NCBI GenBank assembly: GCA_030390025.1
Contig: CM059432.1
Span: forward strand, 24,678,001 to 24,742,000
Origin: Squalus acanthias
Taxonomy: Eukaryota
Direction: 5' to 3'
Length of the DNA: 64,000 nt
Part shown: one piece after another, positions 31,900 through 45,091 of the stretch
How positions within the stretch are numbered: the first letter of the stretch is position 1
Layout of the letters: each line of letters starts with the position of its first letter
Notes under the pieces: model-generated
The model's input: the letters and a program-made list of their open reading frames with translations, nothing else
The model's database searches: none
Told to the model about the DNA's origin: nothing
Program-made: the position numbers and the translations under genes

Positions 31900-34290
31900 G
31901 GCATTCGCACCAGCTCGGGAGATGGAGCAAAGGTAGTGAAGAAGAGGACAAGCTGCTCACAGAGGGAGGAGGAGGTGGGGGAGATGGGCCCTTATCAGGA
32001 GGCCTTACCCACCTAGGGCCATCCGAGAGTAATTCTCCTACCTCAGCCTGAGCCAGGAGCAGTGTGTGAGGCATCTGTGTTTTACGAAGGAAGTGCTCAC
32101 AGAACTCTGCACCTCTTGCAACCAGACCTGCAGCCTCACACCAGGACAAGGACAGCGCTGCCAGTGGCTGTGAAAGTGACTGTCGCCCTGAATATGTTGA
32201 GATCATTCCAGGCTAGAACAGGCGACATCTGTAACATCTCCCAGTTCACTGTCCACCTCTGCATAAGAGGACCTTCTTTATGCCAGGAGAGGGGACTTCA
32301 TTTTCTTCTCAATGACCAGAGAAAAGCAGATGGAACGTGCACGTGGCTTTGCCAGGATAGCGGGCTTCCCCATGGTGCAGGGCACCATTGACTGTACGCA
32401 CATGGCTTTGCGGGCGCCACATCTAAATGCTAAGATGTACCACTACTGCAAAGGTTACCACTCGCTGAATGTGCAGTTGGTGTGCGACCATGCTCAGCAC
32501 ATCATGATGCTAAATGCACGGTATCCTGGCAGCAGTCATGATGCTTTTACTCTATGCCTGTTCCCTCAGTCTTTGAGCCACTATGACAAACCAGAGGGTG
32601 GCTACTGGGCAACAAGGGCTATCTGCTGACCATTTGTCTCATGACTCTGCTCCACAACCCAACCACATGTGGGCAGCATGCATACAATGAGAGCCATGCT
32701 GCTACATGGAATCTGATAAAGCAAACATTGGCATCCTTAAACAATGCTTCCGCTGCCTGGAGGAGCACTGCAGTACTCACCAGAGCGCAAGAGTCATAAG
32801 ATTTGTCATGGTCTGCTGCGTGCTTCACAACCTCGCTCTCATGAGGGCACAGCCCTTGCCACCTGGCATATGGTGACCAGCTGAGGAGGAGGAGGAAGCA
32901 GAGTAGGAAGTGGATGAGGAAGTGGAAGAGGAAGAGGAAGAAGCAGAAGAGGAAGTGGAAGAGGAGGAGGAAGCGGAAGATGAGGAGGAGGAAGTGGAGA
33001 GGAGGAAGCAGTCAGGAAGAGGCAACCCAGTCAGCCCCTTTATGGCTGGGCTGTGCATAATCGACTCATCTGCCTGTGGTACGAATGAACGCAACCCCAA
33101 TTCCCCATCCAATAATAGTGCCACACCTTACCTCCCTCTGTTACTGACCATCACAGTGTCTTGGCCACAATGCTGAAATAAAAGCCACCACAAAAGAAAC
33201 ATTCCAATCCAACTTTATACATCAATCCAGCCAAAGGCATAAGCGTAGGGTTGTGGTGAGGGGCAGTGGGATGTGAGAAGGAGGATTACATATGAGGATA
33301 CCGGCATCTTGTATTCTTTCGGTTCCCCCCCCCCACTGCTGGCCATGGGCTCAGCGATGCCCCTCCCAGGAATGGCCAGCACTGTCTCTTCCATGGGGGT
33401 CAGGTTATGCAGGCGTGCCTGTCCCCCGTTGGTTAAGTTCTGCTGGTGCCGGTTGTAAGCCACATTTTCCTGCAAGAGAAAGGGAAGTATGTCAGTGAAT
33501 GTGGTGCAATGTGTTTGTGTGATACGCCTGTCATGTTTAAATAGCTGATAGTGTGCACAAGCTGTGAGATGTGGGTGTTAAGCTTGCAGCAAAGATAAGT
33601 GTGTGAGGGTGAGGTGAAGCTATGAATATGAGGTATGAGCCGTGTTTGGTAGAGATTGTTGGTAGGTGGGTGTGTAGTGCATTCAGGAGTGTGTGAGGCT
33701 AATGGTGCAGATGGTGGGAAATGGCATTTGAGCATGAATTCACTGACCTTGACCATGCATGTGAGGTCATTAAACTTCTTCCTGCACTACGTCCAGGTAT
33801 TCAGGGCTAAACTGCTGGCATTCACCAAAGTGGCTATCTGCTCCCACTAGACTTTACACGGTTACCGGGAGGGCCTCCTCGTCCCCTGTGGAAACAGCAC
33901 CTTCTGTACCAAGGCCTCCAGTGCTGCATCGGCAGATGCATGCTCTCTCCCCTGTTGTGACATCATTTTTCTTTTCTCCTCCTCTCACTGCCTTCCCTAA
34001 CCGGTCAATGAGCTGCTGCAGGCAGATTGCACCTCCCCCTTTAAGAGGTGCAGACTGCCTTTAAGTAGTGAAGGCTAGCTTTAATTGGTGTTAGCCTTGC
34101 ACAAACTTGGGCCCCCTGCTGAGCGTTCAGCCACTCAGCAGCGTGGTCAGTGCGGGGCTGAACGCCGCAATCATGGTAACCAGCAGGGATTGTGAACTTC
34201 ACATGCTGCCTGCATTCCTTTGAATGGGCATGGGGTGATCACGCATTGCGATCCCCACACCCATTTTTGGGGCTAATGGATTTCTAGGCC
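31900..34290. mobile_element. PIF/Harbinger transposon relic (HARBI1-like transposase on +, Myb/SANT partner on -)
   Basis: ALPVAVKVTVALN, GFPMVQGTIDCTH, KGYHSLNVQLVCD, ARYPGSSHDAF; poly-Glu tail 32882-33010; minus-strand GGQARLHNLTPMEE; right end gatttctaggcc. Confidence 0.85.
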
Positions 34291-35329
34291 ATAGAGTGCA
34301 AAAGCAAGGAAGTTATGCTAAACTTCTATAAATCACTGGTTAGGCCTGAGCACTAGTATTTTGTCCAATTCTGGGCATCACACTTTAGTATAATTGTCAA
34401 AGCTTTGGAGTTATTGCAGAGGAGATTTACTACAATGGTTCCAGGGATGAGCGACTTCAGCTAAGTGGAGAGATTAGAGAAGCTGGGTTTGTTCTCCTTC
34501 GAGTGAAGAAGGATAAGGGGAGATTTAATGGAGATGTTCAAAATGATGAAGCATTTTGATCGAGTAAATAAGGAGAAACAGTTGATTGATAAATGGATGG
34601 ATGCCTGTATAAATAGATAGATGAACAAATAGATAGCAAGATATGTCAACAGGAGCGCAATCTGCACCTCTTGCAAATGGATATATTTCCTCTGTGTGTA
34701 AATTTGGTTTATAAAGACAGTTTGGTAAAAGAATTATCATTTAACTTTACACACAGAGCAAAGTACTTCCCTAAAGTCTCTTTAAGCAGATAGATTAAAT
34801 TCCGACTTTGATATGAATGTCGAATGCAATGAATAATTTCAGCCCATGTGGCAAATTCTTTCATACGCTAATTACCTGTCCAGAGTGGTAAAAAAATTAG
34901 CAAGCAACGATTAATATGTTTCCTTGTGATAACGATTATTAATGTACAGGAGACCCAGATTCATCAGCACTTAGGTTATCATCTTTCTAATTTTTTCTCA
35001 CAGTTTTAATAAAATTCCATGATAACTTAATATTAACAGCAGAGATATTCCCAATTCCTACTCCATTGCTGTTTTGTGATTGTGCTGAATATTTCGACAG
35101 CATGACGAGCTATCGCAGTGCATGTACTAGAGATAATGTAAGTGAGCTAATGCATTTTCACTTTATTATTTAAGATACTGGATTGGTGGTCCAAGCCTCA
35201 CTCCAGTATTTCAGCACATAATCTACACCTAAGTGCAGTGCTGTAGCGTTGGAGCTGTCAGCATCTTGATGAGATGTTAAACAAAGGATCCATCTGCCTG
35301 TTCAGGTGAGAAAGAAAGAAAGAATCAAA

Positions 35330-35742
35330 GAAAGAAGGAAAGGAGCTTTACAAACAATTAAGTACTTTTTGAAGTGGAGTCACTGTTGTAATGTAGGAAA
35401 CGCGGCAGCCAATTTGCACACAGCAAGCTCTCACAGACATCAATGTGATAATGACCAGATAATCTGTTTTAGTGATGTTGGTTGAGGGATAAATATTGGC
35501 CAGGACACCGGGGATAACTCCCCTGCTCTTCTTCGAAATAGTGCCATGGGATCTTTTACGTCCACCTGAGAGAGCAGATGGGGCCTCGGTTTAACGTCTC
35601 ATCGAAAAGACGGCACCTCCGACAGTGCAGCACTCCCTCAGCACTGCACTGGAGTGTCAGCCTAGATTTTTGTGCTCAAGCCCCTGGAGTGGATCTTGAA
35701 CCCACAATCTTTTGACTCACCAACTGAGCCACGACTGACACT
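35330..35742 (-). mobile_element. tRNA-headed Deu-type SINE
   Basis: Reverse-complement homology to 50494-50940, (aaag)n tail. Confidence 0.8.
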
Positions 35743-35814
35743 CGGCATCAGATCCCATGGCACCATTGAAAGAAGAACAGGTAGCTCTCCAGTTGTCCTA
35801 TTTAGGCAGCTGTT

Positions 35815-36200
35815 AGAATATGGTGACAACATATAGAATTCTTAGAGGGCTTGACAGGGTAGAGGCTGAGAGGCTGTTTCCCCTGGCTGGAGAGTCTAGA
35901 ACTAAGGGTCATCTCAGGAGAAGGGGTCGGCCATTTAGGACTGAGATGAGGAGACATTTCTTCACTCAGAGGGCTGTGAGTCTTTGGAATTCTCTACCCC
36001 AGAGGGCTGTGGATGTTCAGTTGCTGAGTATATTCAAGACTGAGATCGCTAGATTGTGGGCAGTAAGGGAATCAAAGGATATGGGGATAGTGCGGAAAAG
36101 TGGAGTTGATGTAGATGTTCAGCCATGATCTTATTGAATGGCAGAGAAGGCTCGTGAGGCTGTATGGCCTAGCCTTGCTCCTATTTTTTATGTTCTTATG
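35815..36200 (+). mobile_element. CR1 3' fragment
   Basis: FRTEMRRHFFTQRAVSLWNSLP; ttatgttc tail. Confidence 0.8.
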
Positions 36201-37256
36201 TTGTTTCTGAAGTTATGTTACTGGAGGGCATGATTCAATTCAGAAGCCCCGGAGGAGATCTGCTCAATGTTTCAGCCATTAATTCCTGATTTAACTTGTC
36301 ATCTATTGTTTTCAACACTTGTGGTATCCTACGCCATCAACCTTGGCCTTTCACTTTGATTTTTTAATTTAAAAAATAAAGTTATATGTGGACTAACACT
36401 CCTGCTATCCTGCCCCACCAATGTGCCTCAGCCCCAAACTCAGGAAGTATCCCCCACTGCGCCAGTGACATTGTTTTATTTTCTATACTAGCCATCCGGC
36501 AGCCCTTGTGAGTGGGATAGCTCTTTCAAAGAGCCGGCATAGGCACGATGGGCCAACTGAATTTCTTCTGTGCTGTATGATTCTATGATTCTATGTAATA
36601 GGTTTAAGGTCTATTTAAATCTGTTAAAGATTGTTTGGAATTAAGTTGATCACTCTGTATTAATCAAGGTCAGTAAGAGAGCCAAGATCTACTACTATAA
36701 TTAAACTGGCACTCCAGGGTTGTGTGATAGCTGACTGACAGTTCCAGTGGATGAGCAGATCCAGAGGTTAACTTTGCTCTACTAAGAACTTTCTAGAATC
36801 TCTGTTGCAGAGAAAAAAATGGCAGATCATTTTTTCTTTCAGAAAGCATTTGGAGTGATTAGTGGGAACCCAGTTGCCAGATTGTGCAATCGCAAGGTGA
36901 TATCCCATCACTATAAATAGCAGCTATTGTGTGTCACACAGTGTGACAACTTTAACATTCAAAATACCTATCACAGCGCCACCTACAGGAGTAACAGGAA
37001 TTGCAGATACTTATCTTGAGCTTTCAATGAAACGCATGGCCCATGTACCAAATGTAATATATAACAGACACACGTATATTCGGAACATCCTTCCGCGTAT
37101 CTTCCACTTGGTGACATGCTGGAATTTAAAAGAGGTATCGGTTTAAAAGAGGACCAGGGATCAGATCTTAAGGTTTGAAGAAGCTGCTGATGATAAATGG
37201 CTGATCCCTTCACATGTAGCCTGTCGTCTTGGTTTCTGAAGCAACTGTCAACTTAC

Positions 37257-37329
37257 CTGGAATAATCCTCCGCGAAATAGTCTTTCTTTTGAGTCTTGCT
37301 TCCATTTCTTCATTTAAGATCTTTCCCAT
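37257..37329 (-). CDS. Candidate first coding exon of an unidentified host gene (MGKILNEEMEARLKRKTISRRIIP, phase 1)
   Basis: AAC ATG G Kozak, in-frame TAA 3 codons upstream, consensus donor CAG/GTAAGT, non-repetitive context. Confidence 0.4.
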
Positions 37330-38329
37330 GTTAGCTTATTGCTCTGATTGGCGAAGACCACTGCACAACTCAACCTGGGACAGTCCAAAGCTTTAAAAAG
37401 ACGACTGCTGATTGTCATGTAAAGAATAATAACTGTCCAGGACTCGATGGCAGTCGGTGGGCAGACCGCTACCTGACATCAGTGGAATGCATGTTGTAAT
37501 GAAATATTGGGCTGCATGAAGGAATCTTTAAGAAGAACATTTTTTCTGGACAGGTAAAACCTAACTCGAAACAGCATCTAAAGAAATACTTTAACACCAA
37601 AAATGTTCCTGTACAGTTAAGTGAGTAGCAGTTGCTCGGGACTGTTTCAAACGAATGCTCAGTGCTGGATTAAAATAAACCAATTAATTACTAATTGCTC
37701 TGAAGCAGACGTTTAATATTAGTGCTGAAGCAATGCTAGGATGAAACCGCTAAATGTGCTAATTAACTGATGATTGCAGTGACGAAGGACAACAAAGCTG
37801 AGATACCGCAATTGCGAAGGGTGAAGGGGTACAATTACTGAATAATCGCAGCTGCCTAGCTCACTCAGACCTGCCCATAGCCATAAGACAACTACTGAGG
37901 GAGGGGGCAGTGGAGGGGGATGAGTACTCACTCGTGTGTGCGCGCACATGTGTGTGTGCGTGCGTGAAATGATCTAGAAATTACTTTGCAGCGATTCGGG
38001 AAAGAATGTTGGCCTCAGCCCAATGGCTCAGCAGATGTCAGCAGTGCCATGTTTGCATCCACCCGACGTGACCTGATCTGAACTCGTCTGAATTTCTGCA
38101 TTCAGTACATTCAGTATAGAATGGGTGAGCACCAAGCATGTTTAGTGCCTGCATTTAGTCACTTACTCATTGCCACTGAAGCATGCATTAAAGCACAGCT
38201 ATTTGCCACTCTTTCAGCTAACCCCAACATCATTTCTCCATGACCAACTATTTCCTCAAACTCCTCTCTCCTGCCCCCTCCACCTCCAACTGGTCCACCA
38301 GGCGAATCTTCCCTCAGATCCCAGTCACC

Positions 38330-39800
38330 CAAGCCCTAAACGCCAATCTCTCTCTCGTTTCTGTCTCATCTTTCCTCATGTCCTTTCTGAGCTCAGCTCA
38401 TCTATGAGACCTAACTCCTGCTCCCTTAACCCTATTCCAACAAAACTACTGACCACCCAATGTCCCTTCCTGGCCCCAAACTGACATACATACCATCTGC
38501 TCAGACACTGTCCCTTTAAAAACTGCCATCATTACTCTCTTCCTCTAAACTTGCAAACTACCATCCCATCTCTAATGTCCCTTTCCTCTCCAAGGTCGTT
38601 GAATGAGTTGTTGCTTCCCAAATCTGTCCCTAACTCTCTCACAACTCCTTGTTTGAATCTCTCCAATCAGGTTTCTCTCCCTCCCACAGCAGAAAAACAG
38701 CCCTAGCCAAAACAACAAATGACATACACCTAAACCTTCTCAGCCCCTCTGCAGCCTTTGGCATGGTCAACCACACCATCCTCCTTCAACAACTCTCCTA
38801 CATTATCCAGCTCAGTTGGCCTACCCACTCGTCTTATCTAAAGAAGAATAGCCAGAGAGTCTCCTCCAGTGATCCATTCTTGGTTCTTGTCTCTTTCTCA
38901 TCTACATGCTGCCCATTGCTATATGATTCATGCACATAGGGTCAGTGTCCATATAAATGATGGTAACACTCAGCTCTACTTCTCCACCACCTCTCCCAAC
39001 CCCTCCACTGCCTCTGTCTTGTCAAATTTCTTCTCTGGCATCCAGTCTTGGATAAGCTGCAATTCCCTGTAGCTAAAAATTGGAAAAACCAAAGCTACCG
39101 TCTTCGCCTGTGCTATAAACTCCTTGCCAGTGACTCTCTGGCCACTATCTCGGATAAGCAAGGCTGTTCGCAATCTCGGCGTCCCGTTCAGTCCCAAGCT
39201 GAATGTCTGACCCCAAATCCTCTCCAATACAAAGACTGCTTACTTTCACCTCTGTAACATCGCTCACTCTGCCTCTAACTCAGCCCATCTACTGCTGAAA
39301 CCCTCATCCATGTCTTTGTCACCCCCAGACTCCCAACCTCCGATCTTCTTCCTTAAGTAAACTTGAGCCCAACAAACTCTGCTGTCCATATCCCATCCCA
39401 CATGCCCATTATTCTTGTCCTCATTGACCGACATTGACTCCTCAAATATAAAAATTTAATCCTTGTGTTTAAATCTCTCCATAACTTCACTCCTCTCCAT
39501 CTCTGCAACCTCCTCTAGTGCTACATTGCTCCTCTCCTGAAATCTCTGCTCTTCTGACTCCGCCCTCTTGTGCATACCACCCTCTCTTCACCCCACCATT
39601 GGCGGCCTTGCCTTCAGCCACCTAGGCCCCACAGTCAGGAATACCTTCCCTAAACCCCTCACCTCCCCACCTCCATCTTCCCCTTTAAGATTCAGATCAA
39701 AAACTTAGGTCTTCGACCAAGCTTTTGGTCACCTTAATAGCTCCATCTTTGGCTTGGTATTCATTTTTTTTATTACGCCTCTATGAAATGCTTGAGGAGA
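38330..39800 (+). mobile_element. Old L2 LINE fragment
   Basis: SCSLNPIPTKLL, FESLQSGF, SAAFGMVNHTILLQ; 3' part similar to 12605-13268. Confidence 0.75.
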
Positions 39801-40452
39801 CTGTAGGGTTTTCCTCCATGTGCTCCATATTAAAACTTTGTTATATAACAAAGTTATGGAGCATGCAGCAAACCACGATGAGGTATGATACTTTAGCTGG
39901 ACTGTATAAACGATAACCCCTATCAGTCAAGGTACTGCAATCGTTTCTTAACTGTGCCAATGTTGTACTCAGTTATCACCCAATGTTTTCTCTTGATATG
40001 GACATATCCCTTATAAGCACACATGTTCTCATTCTTTCTCAATGGTGAAGGATAGAAACCTCACCTCTTGCATAAGAACATAAGAAAATTATAGGATGAG
40101 AAAAGGCCATTTCACACACTGAAACTTGTCCCTCTGGTATCCGACTTCTCCTAGGAAAGTACACATGAGATTAAGATATTTCAATAAGCAACATCATTAC
40201 TTAGCGTTGATATATCTTCCAGCTTTTTAATAAATGAGAAAAAAATGCAATGCCCTTTTTATAGTCCAAATCCTGTTTTGAATCTTTTTTAAATTAATTC
40301 TGGGGATATGGGTGTCGTTAGCAAGACCAGCATTTATTGCCTGTCCCTAGATGCCCTTGAGACAGTGGTGGTGAGCCTTCTTCTTGAACCACTTCAGCCC
40401 ATATGGTGAAGGTACTCCCACAGTACTCTTAGATTTTGAAGGAACGGTGATA

Positions 40453-42033
40453 TAGTGAAACCTGTATAAACGGACGCTCCCAAAAAACGGACAGCTGCAA
40501 AAAATGGAAACTTATTGAGAAACCCAAATAACTTACATGGTAAAATATACAAGAGGCATTCTGAAACCATGGACACTCGCAAATTACGACCTACAGATAG
40601 CCTTCAATGCAACTTTTACAACATAAAACACGGGACACCGCTCTACCTCCCATTCAGTTTTCATTCAGGTGCCAGTTGCACGGAACTTCACTGTGTAAAT
40701 TCCTGCCTCCGGCCCTATGACATCACCCCCACCACTGCAGAGAGCCTGGACCAGCTGGTGTTGTGAACACTCGAAGGTCGGCATTGGGGGAGGAACTCAG
40801 GAGTCGGTGGGGAACTCAGGAGTCAGTGGGGAACTCAGGAGTCGGGGGGGAGCTCAGGAGTCGGGGGGGAACTCAGGAGTCGGGGGGAGCTCAGGAGTCG
40901 GGGGGGATCTCAGGAGGCGGGGGGGGAACTCAGGAGTCGGGGGAACTCAGGAGTCGGGGGGAGCTCAGGAGTCGGGGGAACTCAGGAGGCGGGGGGGGAA
41001 CTCAGGAGTCGGGGGAACTCAGGAGTCGGGGGGAGCTCAGGAGTCGGGGGGGCGAGAGGGAGACTGGGGGATGGGGGCTCGGGGCGAGAGGGAGACTGGG
41101 GAATTGGGGCTCGGGGCGAGAGGGAGACTGGGGAATGGGGGCTCGGGGCGAGAGGGAGACTGGGAAATGGAGGTTTGTAATCAGGTGTCACATGATCAGA
41201 CGCCACATGATCAGACATCACATGGTCAGATGTCATGTGATCAAACCTCCAGGATTGCCTCCAACCAGAGTTGGCAATCTACTCACCAGCCTCCTGAATC
41301 AGCGTGTGCGAACAGCAAGAGGGGCTATCCTTTCCTACCCCAGCGCCGCGTCCATACACTCTTTTAGTGGCTGCTGGCAGCTCCCCTCCCCCTGACACTG
41401 GCATCGTCTTCTTTCCCTCGGCTTCTGATGGTGGATCCGTTTCTCTGAGGAGCTTTGATTTTTGGGGAGTGAAGGTGGATGGCTGTCCCGGCTCTCTCTG
41501 CTGCTCTATAGAGTGATGGACAGGCTTGCGAGTCCCATATATGAGTCAGTCTTCCTGCAGACTCACCGCTCAACCAGAAAACTGCAGTTTCACTCCTACA
41601 CATAATGTGGCCTGTTGCGTTTTCCCTCCCAAATGTTCTCAATCCGTTCTAAGACTTGCCTTTGGAAGATTCAACCTGTCATCACATTTCCCCCTTTTTT
41701 TGTCCTGTGACTGCCCTAATGTTGGTAAGTAGAACTGAGAAAGGCAGTTCGTTACTGAAGTTACACTCTGCTCCAAGTGAGAGCAGTTTGAAATGAAATG
41801 GGAATTTAGACCGCAAAACTGTTAAATGAGCAGAGCTGAACACTGGTGTGTGGCATGTGGATTCTTAGCATTGTTGCAGTTGGTTATGTGATCATAATCT
41901 CAGCTGGTTCTTCAAGATTGCTGGAAAAAATTTTTACAGTACATACAATGAAGATTTTGAAAATAGGGACACATGCAAGATAAGGACAGCTGATGCCAGT
42001 CACCAAGATGTCCGTAATTTACAGGTTTCTCTC
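40453..42033. mobile_element. Non-autonomous Tigger/pogo-like DNA transposon
   Basis: Imperfect TIRs tagtgaaacctgtataaacggac / gtccgtaatttacaggtttctctc; TA on both sides; interrupts a LINE (gaacggtgata...tgtccaagt). Confidence 0.65.
40785..41165 (+). repeat. G-rich compound minisatellite
   Basis: ~14 units of (g)n aactcaggagtc (~18-21 nt), then ~4 units of ggggcgagagggagactggg...ggggctc (~31 nt). Confidence 0.9.
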
Positions 42034-42044
42034 TATGTCCAAGT

Positions 42045-43620
42045 TTATTTTTATCATTTGTTCACGGGATGTGGACATCGCTGACAAGGCCAGCGTTTAT
42101 TGCCCATTCCTAATTTCACTTGAGAAGGTGGTGGTGAGCCGCCTTCTTGAACCGCTGTAGTGTGGCGAAGGTACTCCCACAGTGCTGTTAGGGAGAGAAT
42201 TCCAGGATTTTGACCCAGCGATGATGAAGGAACGGCGATATACTTCCAAGTCAGGATGGTGTGTGACTTGGAGGGGAACTTGGAGGTGGCGGTGTTCCTA
42301 TGTGCCTGCTGCCCTTGACCTTCTAGGTGGTAGAGGTCACGGGTTTGGGAGGTGCTGCTGAAGAAGCCTTGGCGAGTTGCTGCAGTGCATCTTGTAGATG
42401 GTACACACTGCAGCCACAGTGCGCTGGTGGTGATAGGGTGCCGATCAAGTGGGCCTGCTTTGTCCTGGATGGTAACTCCAGCCAGTGGAGAGTTTTCCCC
42501 CCAATTCCCATTGACTTCAGTTTTACTAGGGCTCCTTGATGCCACACTCGGTCAAATGCTGCCTTGATGTCAATGGCAGTCACTCTCACCTCACCTCTAG
42601 AATTCAGCTCTTTTGTCCATGTTTGGACCAAGGCTGTAATGAGTCTGGAGCCGAGTGGTCCTGGCAGAACCCAAACTGAGCATCGGTGAGCAGGTTATTG
42701 GTAAGTGCCGCTTGATAGCACTGTTGATGACACCTTCCGTCATTTTGCTGATGATTGAGAGTAGATTGATGGGGCGGTTATTGGCAAGATCATCTAATTG
42801 GCACTTCTGGCTGAAGATGGTTGTGAACCTTGGCTTTTGCACTCACGTGCTGGGCTCCACCATCATTGAGGATGGGGATATTCATGGAGCCTCCTCCTCC
42901 TGTTAATTGTTTAATTGTTCACCACCATTCACGACTGGATGTGGCAGGACTGCAGAGCTTTGATCTGATCTGTTGGTTGTGGAATCGCTTAGCTCTGTCT
43001 ATAAAATGCTGTTGCCGCTGTTTAGCATCTATGTAGTCCTGTGTTGTAGCTCCACCAGGTTGGCACTTCATTTTTAGATATGCCTGGTACTGCTCCTGGT
43101 ATGCTCTTCTACACTCCTTGTTGAACCCGGTTGGTCCCCTGGCTTGATGGTATGTGGCTTGGAGGGAAACTTGGAGATGATGAACTTTGTGTTCCCATGC
43201 ATCTGCTGCCCTTGTCCATCTAGGTGGTGGCGGTTGCAGGTTTGGGAGGTGCTGTCAAAGAAACCTTGGCGAGTAGCTCCAGTGCACTCTGTAGATCGTA
43301 CATACTGGTACCATGGTACACCAGTGGTGGAGAGAGTGCAAGCTTAAGGTAGTGGATGGGCTGGTGATCAAGCGGGCTGCTTTGTCCTGGATGGTGCCGA
43401 GCTTCTTGAGTGTTGTTGCAGCTACACCCAACCAGGCAAGCGGAGAGTATTCCATTGTGTCTTGTAGGTGGTGGTAAGGCTTTGGGCAGAATAACGAACC
43501 TCTGACCTGCTCTAGTGGCTACGACATTTATGTGGCTGGTACAGTTGACTTTCTAGTTAATGGCGACCCCTAGGATGTTGATGATGGGGGATTTGGCATG
43601 CCATTGAATGTCAAGGGGAG
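42045..43620 (-). mobile_element. Nested fragments of the second LINE family
   Basis: AIDIKAAFDRVWHQG, RPINLLSIISKM, EYSPLAWLGVAATTLKKL. Confidence 0.75.
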
Positions 43621-44014
43621 CTGGTTAAGCTGTAGCTTTTTAGGTAGGAAACACTTGCTGCCAATTAAGCTTAACCAGAATCCAATTCTAACCCAACAGT
43701 TCATTTCAACATATTGACAAGAGTTTTTCAGTGCAGTGAGCTCTATATGCAGTTCATTAAATTTATCTTTTATTTGCATTGAGTTTTCTCCTTGAGTGCT
43801 GTGTGGGTCTGGAAATTCGACTTAATAGCTTACCCTTGTCATGTTGAATCTTGTTCAGCTTCTGACCGTATTTTGACAAAACTTTCTGAGGAATTCACCT
43901 GATGAAAGCAAGGATGAGAAGTCAATGTACAGGGTAGCAGTTTCCAGTAGCCCGAGAACAATAAGGGGACAATGATTGACAGTTTGAAGAGTTCCTGTGT
44001 AAAGAAAACAAAGA

Positions 44015-44362
44015 CTTGCATTTATATTGAGCCTTTGACAATGTCCCAAAGCGTTTTATAATCAATGAAGTATTTTTGAGGTGTAGTTACTGTTGTAATG
44101 TAGGAAACGTGGCAGCCAATTTGCACGTGGCAAGCTCCCATGCACAGCAAGGAGATAATGACTAGTTTTTTAGTGATGCTGATTGAAGAATTGATATTGG
44201 CCAGGACTCCAGGGAGAAAATAGTTCCATGGGAACTTTTACATCCACCTGAGTGGGTAGATGTGGCCACAACTTAAAATTTAATTCAAACGGCCGACCTC
44301 TAACATTACAGCACTCCTTCTGTTCTCCTACAGTACTGCACTGAAGTATCAGCCTAGATTAT
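44015..44362 (-). mobile_element. Deu-type SINE, interrupted by a MITE
   Basis: Homology to 50494-50940; continues briefly at 45076. Confidence 0.7.
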
Positions 44363-45072
44363 GGGCTCGATTTTGCCAGGCCCAAGGAGGCAGGAATGGA
44401 GGAGTGTGGGGTGTTAAAATTGCAAAAAATGGCGTGCGGGCACGATCCCGCCTCCGAGCAATTTTCCCAAATGCGTGGTTTTTGATCCCGTCTCCGTCCC
44501 GCCTTCAAGAGGCGGGATAGGCCTTTAAGGCCCTTAACAACCACTTAATTGCCTCTATAATCCCATTTTGAGAGGCCTTTCTGATTTTAAGACTTTTCCG
44601 ACGTGATGCACGCCTCCTCTGAAACACGACAGTGAAACCTGGCACACTTGGATTGCTGACTATCAGCCGCAGGTCCACCATTAAGAAGGAGATTTGATGA
44701 ATCATCATTCTGGGGGAACTTTTAGCAGTCATAACCATTGTTGTGGAGGGTGGTGGTGGTGGTGGTGGTGGAAAAAAATTTGGGAGCAGACTTAGGTCTC
44801 CTGCTGCTCATTTTGCCTCCAGGTCCCTCTCACAGCAAAGGCCAAAAGCTTCCCAGTCTTTGCAGACCTTAAATGCAGCAGCAATGATGACATCATCAGA
44901 GGCGACTTTCAGACTGAAAAAACTAATTGGGTCATGGGTTCCCACATGCTGGAACTCAATTGCCCAATTAGGGGAAAATCAAATAATTCTCCCACATCCA
45001 ATTGGAGTCGGGTGGCTAACACAAAAAGCGGATGACACGACCCCAGCCTGCCCCAATGACAAAATCGAGCCC
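44363..45072. mobile_element. Harbinger-type MITE
   Basis: TIR GGGCTCGATTTTG / CAAAATCGAGCCC; TSD TAT. Confidence 0.85.
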
Positions 45073-45091
45073 TATGTGTTCAGATTTTTAA

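Noticed and set aside
32062..32900. Domesticated HARBI1 host gene
   Set aside because: Multiple frameshifts and stops, with an adjacent Myb partner and TIR
40717..41395. 210-216 aa Gly/Ser/Glu-rich ORFs
   Set aside because: Translations of the stop-free minisatellite
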